In this document: positions 39,260 to 47,251 of the stretch, in pieces
Numbering within the stretch: position 1 is the stretch's first letter
Layout of the letters: every line of letters starts with the position of its first letter
Assembly: GCA_963778155.1 (NCBI GenBank)
Contig: CAVZTK010000021.1
Location: 1,162,871-1,226,870 of the forward strand
DNA: 64,000 bases
From: an uncultured Chloroflexia bacterium
Lineage (GTDB): Bacteria > Chloroflexota > Limnocylindria > Limnocylindrales > CSP1-4
Direction of reading: 5' to 3'
The notes under the pieces: generated by a model
The model's input: the letters and a program-made list of their open reading frames with translations, nothing else
The model's database searches: none
What the model was told of the DNA's origin: nothing
Program-made: the position numbers and the translations under genes

Positions 39260-40269
39260 ATGCTCCGGAGCGTGCAGACGCTCACCATCGCGCTCGCCCA
39301 GATCGCGCCGCGGCTCGGGGCGCTCGACGTCAATCTGGCGACGCACCACGCTCTGCTCGACGACGCTCGGGCGAAGGGCGCCGGGCCTGGTCGTGTTCCC
39401 CGAGCTCGGGCTGACCGGCTACCAGCTCCAGGATCTCGCGTCGGAGGTCGCGATGCGGCTCGACGACCCGCGGCTCGCCGAGCTGGCCGATGCGACCCGC
39501 GGGCTGTCGGCGATCGTCTCGTTCGTGGAGGAATCGGCCGATCACCGGCTGTTCATCGCGGCGGCCCTGCTCGAGGACGGTGTGCTCCGCCACGTCCATC
39601 GCAAGCTGTTCCTGCCGACCTACGGCCTGTTCGACGAGCGCCGCTTCTTTGCCCCGGGCGACATGCTGCGGGCCGTCCCGTCGCGGCTCGGGGTCGGACT
39701 TGGGATCGCCGTGTGCGAGGACTTCTGGCACCTGCGCGGTGCCCCAGATCCTCGCCCTCGACGGGGCGCAGATCCTGGTCAACATCTCCTCGTCCCCGGG
39801 GCGTGACCTGGCTGCCACCAACGAGGTCGGGCTCGGGACGGCGACGTCGTGGCGGACGCTGATGCGGACGTACGCCCAGCTGACGACCTCGTTCGTCGTC
39901 TTCTGCAACCGGGTCGGGGTCGACGAATCGATCTCGTTCTGGGGCGGCTCGGAGGTCATCGCGCCGACCGGCCGGGCGGTGTTCAGCGCGCCGCTCTACG
40001 ACGAGGGGCTGTACACGGTCGACGTGTCGCTGGCCGACATCCGCCGCGAGCGCATCGCGCTGCCCCTGCTGCGCGACGAACGGCTCGACCTCCAGGTCCG
40101 CGAGCTCCGCCGGCTGGTCGCCGAGCGGGCCGGGCTGGCGGACGACATGACCGCCGAACGCGGTGCCGAGCCCGGCTTCGACCTGGTGGCCGCCGAGCCG
40201 CCGTCCGAGCCGATCGGGTTCGGGGTGGCCGGCGAGCAGCGACCGCGGCGCGTGGATCGCGGCGCGTGA
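39260..40269 (+). pseudogene. Carbon-nitrogen hydrolase (likely glutaminase partner of NAD synthetase), 2 frame breaks (~39385, ~39733)
   Basis: LTIALAQIAP...LDDARAKGA | LVVFPELGLTGYQLQDL...HRKLFLPTYGLFDERRFF...GIAVCEDFWHL | AVPQILALDGAQILVNISSSPG...FCNRVGVDESISFWGGSEV. Catalytic Glu, Lys and Cys contexts are present. Confidence 0.85.
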
Positions 40270-40299
40270 CCGCGACTCGAGCCGGTCCCGGGTCCCGGC

Positions 40300-41179
40300 G
40301 TGCCGTTCGAGCTGCCCGAGGAGCTGGCGATCGACACCGCTGTCGCCCGACGGGTCATCGCCGAGTTCATCCGCGGTCAGCTCGAGCAGGCCGGCTTCGA
40401 GCGGGCGGTGCTGGGGCTGTCGGGTGGGATCGATTCGGCGCTCGTGGCCTACCTCGTCGCCGAGGCGATCGGGGCGGAGCGACTGCTCGCGGTGATGCTG
40501 CCGTACCGGACGTCGTCGCCGGCCTCGCTGGCGGACGCGGAGATCGGTCGTGGCGGCGCTCGGCTGTCGAAGCGACGTCGTGGACATCACCGCCATGGTC
40601 GATGGCTACTTCGGGACCGGCACGACACCCGGCGCGGAGGGACCCGACAGCACGGTCGCGGGGCCGCTGCGACGGGGCAACTTCGCGGCCCGGATGCGGA
40701 TGGCCGTGCTGTACGACCGCTCGGTGACGTGGGGCGGGCTGGTCGTCGGGACCGGCAACAAGACCGAATCGCTGATCGGCTACACGACCGTGTTCGGCGA
40801 CGCGGCCTGCGCGTTCAACCCGATCGGCGACCTGTACAAGAGCCAGGTCCGGCAGCTCGCCGTCGCGCTCGGTGTCCCCGATGCGATCGTCCGCAAGGCG
40901 CCGTCGGCCGACCTGTGGCCGGGCCAGACCGACGAGCATGAAGGCGGCTTCAGCTACCCGGTCCTCGACCGGCTGCTGTTCTGGCGGGTCGACAAGCGGC
41001 GCTCGGTCGAGGAGATGGTCGCGCTCGGGTTCGATGCGGCGATGGTCGAACGGGTCGACCGGATGGTCGCTGGCGCCGAGTTCAAGCGACAGGTCCCGCC
41101 GATCGCCAAGCTCGGGCCGCGGACGGCCGGCGTCGACTACCTCTACCCGCGGCGCCGGCCGGGATCGTCGCGCGGGTGA
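40300..41179 (+). pseudogene. nadE: NAD+ synthetase, 1 frame break (~40546)
   Basis: GLSGGIDSALVAYL (PP-loop) ...SLADAEI | VAALGCRSDVVDI...[18 protein letters not shown]...[11 protein letters not shown]. Confidence 0.9.
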
Positions 41180-42091
41180 CGGCCGCGGGTCCGACAGCGG
41201 CGGGGTCCTGTACGTCGTGGCGACGCCGATCGGGAACCTGGCCGACATCACGCTGCGGGCGCTCGAGGTCCTGCGCGACGTGCCGCTCATCGCCGCCGAG
41301 GACACGCGCCACACGCGCCGACTGCTCGACCACCACGCCATCGCGACCCGGATGACCAGCTACCACGCGCAGAGCGACGCGGGGCGGACGGCCGCGCTGC
41401 TCGAGCACCTGCGCGGCGGCGCGGACCTCGCGCTCGTCACCGACGCCGGGACGCCGTCGGTCAGCGACCCGGGAGGCGAGCTCGTGGCCGCATGGGCCGA
41501 CGAAGGCGGCACGGTCGTGCCGGTGCCCGGGGCGTCGGCCGTCCTCGCTGCGGTCGCCGGGTCGCGGGGTCGCCGGGCCACGCTGGGCGTTCGAGGGGTT
41601 CCTGCCACGGTCCGGACGCGAGCGACGCGAGCGACTGGCACGGATCGCCGCCGACGACCGCGGCACGATCCTGTACGAGGCGCCGGCGCGCGTCGCCGCC
41701 ACGCTGCGCGACCTGTCCGAGGCGTGCGGGCCGGATCGGCCCGGCGCTGTCTGTCGCGAGCTGCACCAAGCTCCACGAGTCGATCGAGCGCGGGCCGCTG
41801 GGCGAGCTGGCGGCAGCTGCCGCCGAGGGCGGCCGCATACCTGCCCGGGGCGAGTTCGCCATCGTGGTCGGTGACTGGCGTGGCGACCGACCGGCCGACA
41901 CGGCCGACCAGGAGTCTGCGCTGGCGGCCGCCCGGGCAGAGGTCGAGGCGCTCGTGGCCGCGGGAGTCGCACGTGGGGACGCCGCTCGACGGGTGGCGGC
42001 CGCCACGGGCCTGCCGCGGCGGAGCCTCTACGGTCTCGAGCCGGCCTTGTCGGATGACCGAGGGACCGCCCGGACCGAACGACGACCATGA
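41176..42091 (+). pseudogene. rsmI: 16S rRNA (cytidine1402-2'-O)-methyltransferase RsmI, 2-3 frame breaks (~41204?, ~41564, ~41764)
   Basis: [23 protein letters not shown]...[10 protein letters not shown]...[13 protein letters not shown]...[13 protein letters not shown] | [17 protein letters not shown]...ILYEAPARV | [15 protein letters not shown]. The candidate GTG 41176 overlaps the nadE stop but is out of frame with the VLYVV segment. Confidence 0.85.
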
Positions 42092-43191
42092 GCACGCTGG
42101 CCTCGTTGCCGTCCATCCTCGGCCGGACCGCCATGGTCGTCTTCGGGGTCGCGGCTGTGACGACGGCTCTCGCGTTCGGCCTCAACGCTCTCGGCGCCAG
42201 CCAGACGGTCGTGTTCGTGGTCAGCGCGGTCGCCCTGGCGGCCCTCGCGACGCTGATCGGCCAGGGGACCGACGAGCTCGGCGAGCGGTTCGGGCCGGCC
42301 ACCACGGGCATCCTCCAGTCGGCCCTGGGCAACCTCCCCGAGCTGTTCATCTCGATCTTCGCGCTGCAGGCAGGCCTGGTCGTCGTCGTCCAGACCGCGC
42401 TCATCGGGTCGATCCTGGCCAACACGCTGCTCGTGCTCGGTCTCGCGTTCCTCATCGGCGGACTGCGCCACGGGACGCAGACGTTCCATGCGCCGGCGGT
42501 GCGAACGCTGGCGACGTTGCTGCTGCTCGCCGTCGCGGCACTCGCGATCCCGACGCTCGCCACGATGCCCGGCGAACCCGACGCCGGCCACGACGTGGAC
42601 CTGAGCGCCATCGTCTCGGTCGTGCTGCTGGTGGTGTTCGTGGCCTCGATCCCGTTCTCACTCGGTGGCGGCCGCGGCGCCAGCCGCGAGCTTCGCGATC
42701 CGTCGGACGGGAAGCCCTGGCCGCTGCCGCTCGCTCTCGGCCTCCTCGTCGTCGGGGCTGCGGGTGCCGCTCTGACCTCGGACCTGTTCGTCGAGGCGCT
42801 CAAGCCGACGATGGCCAGCCTTGGCCTGTCCGAGGCGTTCGTCGGCCTCGTCGTCGTCGCCATCGCGGGGAACGCGGTCGAGAACATCGTCGGCGTCCAG
42901 GCGGCCGCGGCCGACAAGACCGATCTGGCGACCAGCCTGATCCTCAACAGCAGCCTGCAGGTCGCCATCGCGCTGACCCCGGCACTCGTGCTGATCTCGC
43001 TGATCCTCGGGACCGGCGCGCTGACCCTCGTCCTGACGCCGCTCCTCGTCGGGGCGGTCGTCCTCGCGGCCCTGCTGGCGGCAGTGATCGTGTTCGATGG
43101 TGAGAGCACATGGCTGGAGGGCCTGGCGTTGCTCGGCCTCTACGTGATCATCGCGGCAAGCGTCTGGTACGGGCCGCCGATCCATCCCTGA
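42088..43191 (+). CDS. Ca2+/H+ antiporter (CaCA/ChaA-Cax family)
   Basis: 367 aa, about 10 TM segments, two alpha-repeat motifs GNLPELF and [12 protein letters not shown] overlaps the rsmI stop (ATGA). Confidence 0.88.
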   Translation: MSTLASLPSILGRTAMVVFGVAAVTTALAFGLNALGASQTVVFVVSAVALAALATLIGQGTDELGERFGPATTGILQSALGNLPELFISIFALQAGLVVVVQTALIGSILANTLLVLGLAFLIGGLRHGTQTFHAPAVRTLATLLLLAVAALAIPTLATMPGEPDAGHDVDLSAIVSVVLLVVFVASIPFSLGGGRGASRELRDPSDGKPWPLPLALGLLVVGAAGAALTSDLFVEALKPTMASLGLSEAFVGLVVVAIAGNAVENIVGVQAAAADKTDLATSLILNSSLQVAIALTPALVLISLILGTGALTLVLTPLLVGAVVLAALLAAVIVFDGESTWLEGLALLGLYVIIAASVWYGPPIHP

Positions 43192-43211
43192 CGCGTCGCT
43201 CGCGCCCGGAC

Positions 43212-43232
43212 GCCGTCGGATGCGGCGACGGC
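43212..43232. terminator. Hairpin between convergent antiporter and ssb genes
   Basis: gccgtcg-gatgcgg-cgacggc in the 83-nt convergent gap. Confidence 0.35.
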
Positions 43233-43274
43233 GCGGAGGGGGTCGCGCCGCCGCCGTGGGCAGATGCAGCGGGG

Positions 43275-43766
43275 TCAGGCGGCGACCTCGGCTCCGGTCT
43301 CGGACCCGACCGCTTCGTCGGCGTCGTCGTCCTCGTCGGTCGACCCAGGGTCGAACGGCGGTTCGACGATCGGTTCGGTCGCCTGCTCGTCACCGAGGGC
43401 CGCCGCCTGGGCAGCGAGCGAATCGGCGGCCTGTTGGGCCTCGTAGTCCTTCTTCTTGCGCCCGGACAGCATCTCGACGTGCGAGGCCACGATCTCGGTC
43501 TTCCAGTGGCGGGCACCCTTGTCGTCGTCCCACGAGCGGGTCTGGAGCCGGCCCTCGATGGCGACCTGCTGGCCCTTGCCCAGGTAGCGGCCGGCGATCT
43601 CGGCCAGCCGATCCCAGGCGACCACCGGATGATATTCGGACTTCTCCTTACCGCCGCCGATGAACTCGTTGCTGGCCACGGTGAACGTCGTGACGTTCTT
43701 TCCGCTGGCGAGGCTGCGCATCTCCGGGTCGCGCGTGAGGCGCCCCGTGAGCAGGACCTTGTTCAC
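43275..43766 (-). CDS. ssb: Single-stranded DNA-binding protein
   Basis: 163 aa with an OB fold (MNKVLLTGRLTRDPEMR...VAWDRLAEIAGRYLGKGQQVAIEGRLQTRSW) and an acidic C-terminal region. Not in an rpsF-ssb-rpsR context. Confidence 0.92.
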   Translation of the reverse strand: MNKVLLTGRLTRDPEMRSLASGKNVTTFTVASNEFIGGGKEKSEYHPVVAWDRLAEIAGRYLGKGQQVAIEGRLQTRSWDDDKGARHWKTEIVASHVEMLSGRKKKDYEAQQAADSLAAQAAALGDEQATEPIVEPPFDPGSTDEDDDADEAVGSETGAEVAA

Positions 43767-44012
43767 GGTCCGATCTCCTTCCCGGTCGGCCGGCTGCGCC
43801 GATCACGACCCTGCGTCTCCGGCGGGATGACACCGGTACCCTAGCGAGCGACGATGCATCGCCACGTATCGCGCGCTTACCGCGCGCTGCACGCCGGGCG
43901 ACGACGACCGACACGGGGGAGGCCACCGCGATGACGAACAGGCACACGTCCACGCAGCGGGCCACCCTGTCCACCGACAGCTGATCGTCGACACAGCAAC
44001 GAGGCGATCGGA

Positions 44013-44903
44013 TTGGACTTCTTGCGGCGGTTCTTGGGAGGGACTGGACCGGATCCGGATCCCGCGGTCGAGATGACCGTCCCGACGCCCGCGTCGCCCG
44101 AGGCCGGCGCCAGCGTGGCACCGCTCGAACGCCTGCCCGCCTGCCCGTCCTGCGGCTACATCCTCGACCCGCCACCGGAGCGCAGCCGCCGCTGCCCGAG
44201 CTGTCGCCAGCAGATCGTGGTCCGGCATGCCGACGGACGTCCCGTCTACCTGGTCGAGAGTGCCGTGCCGATCTTCGACCGCGAACGGAAACGGGTGCTC
44301 GACCTGGCGACCTGGACGTTCGAGAGGGAGCGCTGGCTGGCGCTCGCCGATGGGGTCCATGCGCCCGCGGCGGCGCGCGAACGCCTCGCCACAGCCGAGC
44401 TGTCGAGCGAGGTGGTGGAGGCCTCCCGCTCCCTCTACCTGTCGAACGTCGAGACCGCGGTCCGCGCCGCTCGCCGCGGCAGGCGCTGGACGGAGGTCGC
44501 TCGCCAGCGCCGGCTGCAGGCCGCGACGCTGTTCGCCGAGGCCGGTTCGCCCGTCCCCGCCCCGGACGCGATCGTCGAGCTCCAGCGTGACGGGATGCTG
44601 GCCGAGCTGCGGAACCTCCAGCCCGATTACACCGACGCCGAGCTGGTGAGCGTCGGGTGCTGTCGCACGTGCCGGGCCGACGACGGCAAGGTGTTCAAGA
44701 TCGTCGCGGAGCTGCGCGAACCGAGGTTGCCGCACGTGGACTGCCCGAAGGGGCTGTGCGGCTGCGAGTGGTGGGTGGCGATGCCATCGCCCAGGAAGCG
44801 ACGCAGGACCGTTCGCCGGCGCGTCGCCGCGGAGACCTCGGCGCCCGTCGCGAGCTCGGGCGTCAGCGGCGGCACGGAGGATTTCGAGCCCGCCGAGGGT
44901 TGA
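44013..44903 (+). CDS. Hypothetical protein, N-terminal 4-Cys zinc ribbon + C-terminal CCxxC...PHxxCPxGLCxC module (paralogue 1)
   Basis: 296 aa, TTG start, high third-position GC. Clear paralogue of the 3' two-thirds of the next gene. Confidence 0.7.
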   Translation: MDFLRRFLGGTGPDPDPAVEMTVPTPASPEAGASVAPLERLPACPSCGYILDPPPERSRRCPSCRQQIVVRHADGRPVYLVESAVPIFDRERKRVLDLATWTFERERWLALADGVHAPAAARERLATAELSSEVVEASRSLYLSNVETAVRAARRGRRWTEVARQRRLQAATLFAEAGSPVPAPDAIVELQRDGMLAELRNLQPDYTDAELVSVGCCRTCRADDGKVFKIVAELREPRLPHVDCPKGLCGCEWWVAMPSPRKRRRTVRRRVAAETSAPVASSGVSGGTEDFEPAEG

Positions 44904-44931
44904 TCGGCGGCATGCCGGCTCGCCCGACCCG

Positions 44932-44962
44932 TTGACGACAGGTACCCGCCGGATGCATAAAG
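44932..44962 (+). promoter_or_regulatory. Candidate promoter for paralogue 2
   Basis: TTGACG (44932-44937), 18 nt ending in TG, then CATAAA (44956-44961). An AT-rich box in the GC-rich 156-nt gap. Confidence 0.35.
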
Positions 44963-45059
44963 GGTCCCCACCGGGGCAGGGGAAGACGGAGTCACGTCCC
45001 GCTCGTCCCGGTCTGGCGCAGCGGCGTGACTGGCACGCAGCGGACTCGGCGAGGTTCGG

Positions 45060-46596
45060 GTGATGGCGAACCAGCAGATCAAGCGATTGTGGCGGCGTCG
45101 GCCGGAGGTCGAGGAGGCCGAGTTCGAGCTTCTCCAGTCGCGCGTCCGAGCCCGGCTCCTGGGGACCGATGGCACGACTGACGAGACGCCGGCGGCCGAC
45201 GGTCAGGCGGACGACGGTGACGCCGAGGACGCCGCGGCAGCCGATGCCGACCGAGCGTCGGACGACGCGGCCGGCGGATCGGATGCGGGTGCGCGGGTCG
45301 TCCCTGTCGAGGTGACCACCTACGAGCTGCCCGATGTCGTCGTGGGGGTCATGGCGGCGCCCGGTGATCCGCTGTGGGATGTCCCGGCCAGCGTCCTGTG
45401 GCCCGAGCCGGGCGTCGAGCCAGCAGAAGCCATCGAGCCCGCAGTGGCAATCGAGCCAGCAGAAGCCATCGAGCCCGCAGCGGTGATCGAGCCCGCGGCG
45501 GCGATCCTTGCCGACACCGAGGTCGAACCCGCCGCGATCCCCGAGCCGGAAGCCGCCAGGCCGCGACGGACACGTGCCACGTCCAGGCGCGCGAAGGTCA
45601 AGGCGGTCGCGAAACCGACGGCCCGCTCCCGCTCCGCCGCGACGGCCAGCTCCCGCCGCCGCGATGGTCCCCGCGGAGGCGATTCTCGCGCCACCGGCCA
45701 CGCCGACGGTCGACGCGACGGCAGCGGTGGCCGATGCGCCGATCGACGTGACCGAACCAGCTTCTGCGCCCTCTCTACCCGACCCGGTGCCCGCTCGCCC
45801 GCGCCGGTCTGGGTCGCCACGACGGTCGGGCGTCGGGACTGCCAGCCGTCCGCACGTCGCCGCGTCGACTCCCTATTGTCCGTACTGCGCTCTCCTGCTC
45901 GACCCGGCGCCCGAGTCCAGTCGCCGCTGCCCACGCTGTCGCGAGCGGATCGTCGTCAAGCGGGTCGATGGGCGCGCGATCTACCTGACCGAGGGGGCCG
46001 TGCTGATCTTCGAGGCCGAACGGCGTCGGATGGCGAACGCCGGCCGCTGGAGTCGGGAGCGGGCGCGGTGGCTGAAGGTCGCCACTGCCGTCGACGCGCC
46101 ACCCGAGCGCGTCGCCAGGCTTGCCGGTGCGCCCCTGTCGGAGCAGGTCGTCGCCGCGTCACGGGCGCTGTACATGACCACGGTCGACCGGTCGTTCCGG
46201 ACCGCCAAGCGGGAGCGCCGCTGGGTCGACGCCTCGCGGATCAAGCGTGAGCAGGCTCTGGTCCTGTCCAGGATGGCCGGATCGCCGAACCCGCCGCCCG
46301 AGGACGCGGTCCTGGCCCACCGCGAAGCTGCAGCCGCGTCTCTCCACGGCGTCGCCGAGATGAGCCGCGACGCCGAGCTCGTCAGCCGGCGCTGCTGCGA
46401 GGTCTGCGACGCGGACGATGGCCAGACGTTCCGGATCGCGTCCGAGCTCAGGACGCCGCGACTCCCGCACGCCGGCTGCCCGAGGGGCCTGTGCCGGTGC
46501 GACTGGTTCCTGGCCGTCCGCGACCAGTCGATCGTCCGTCGCAACCTCCGCCGCCGAGCCCGGGCCGAGGTCTCGGCTTCGGGTCAGGGGACCTAG
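45060..46596 (+). pseudogene. Hypothetical protein, paralogue 2: long acidic/Pro-Ala repeat N-terminal region + zinc ribbon + Cys/His module; frame break near 45661 (or two genes)
   Basis: Coding signal (third-position GC) follows frame 0 from 45060 to ~45660, then frame 1 from ATG 45664 to 46596. The conserved core is 45850-46560. Confidence 0.6.
45411..45500 (+). repeat. In-frame 18-nt tandem repeat (about 5 units) encoding (A/V)IEPAx
   Basis: gcc atc gag ccc gca gtg / gca atc gag cca gca gaa / gcc atc gag ccc gca gcg / gtg atc gag ccc gcg gcg. A 28-nt string, gagccagcagaagccatcgagcccgcag, occurs twice. Confidence 0.8.
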
Positions 46597-46603
46597 TCCC
46601 GGG

Positions 46604-47035
46604 ATGGCGTCCGAGGCCGTGCCGCGCGACGGGCTCGATGCGGCGCCCCTGGTCGAAGCTCTCGACTTCCTCTATACGCCGAGCCGGGATGTCGCCGCGG
46701 ACACGGCAGAGGTGACAGCAGCTCTCGGTGGTCGGGTGGTGTTCGCCATCGAGGACGGCGGCGTCAGGGTCGCGATGATCGACGTCGCGGGCGCGCCACG
46801 CCTGCTCCTGACCGACCATCTCGACGGCGATCGACCCGTCCTCGTCTATCGGGTCGCGGACCTGCGGGCAGCGACGGCCGATCTCGCGCGACGGGGCTGG
46901 ACGCCCGAGCGGTCGCTCGAGATCCCGCAGGGCCCATGCAGCTCGTACCGATCGGGCGGTGGCCACCGGATCGCGCTGTACGAGTCGAGCCGGCCGCAGG
47001 TCCTGGACCACTTCGAAGGTCGGCGCGACTTCTGA
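46604..47035 (+). CDS. Hypothetical protein, possibly glyoxalase/VOC-fold
   Basis: 143 aa from ATG 46604. Pattern ...VVFAIEDGGVRVAMIDV...LLLTDHLDGDRPVLVYRV...GHRIALYE suggests paired beta-alpha-beta modules. Weak assignment. Confidence 0.4.
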   Translation: MASEAVPRDGLDAAPLVEALDFLYTPSRDVAADTAEVTAALGGRVVFAIEDGGVRVAMIDVAGAPRLLLTDHLDGDRPVLVYRVADLRAATADLARRGWTPERSLEIPQGPCSSYRSGGGHRIALYESSRPQVLDHFEGRRDF

Positions 47036-47251
47036 TCCAGCGCCCCGGACGTCATCCGTCTGGGCGCCGGCCCCGGCGGTCCGGGCCCTGGCGGGTCGGC
47101 GGGTCGGCGGGGCCGGCAGGTGCCTGGCGGGCATCGCGACGCTAGCAGACGGTCCTGCACTGCCGATCGATCGGGGATGCACGGGCGCTCGACCGCGGAT
47201 GCACCGCCGATCATCCGGGGCGTCACGCAGCCGAGCCGTGCGCCCGAGGGG

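Noticed and set aside
43852-43861. A 10-bp palindrome CGATGCATCG in the ssb / paralogue-1 divergent promoter region, as a possible operator.
   Set aside because: It is a single short palindrome with no second copy in the window. It is plausible but unsupported.
45411-45500. A CRISPR-like or minisatellite array.
   Set aside because: The units are 18 nt, contiguous with no spacers, in frame, and encode an AIEPAx peptide repeat inside a coding region.
43275-46596. A prophage remnant or mobile island around ssb and the Zn-ribbon paralogues.
   Set aside because: There is no integrase, transposase, terminal inverted or direct repeats, tRNA-adjacent att-like duplication, or compositional shift visible. 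This is not enough to call a mobile element.
47091-47112. A tandem GCGGGTCG repeat (2.5 copies) and a nearby GGATGCAC direct repeat (47170-47205 region) in the convergent gap before the GGDEF gene.
   Set aside because: They are too short and too GC-rich to distinguish from chance in this composition, and there is no associated feature.
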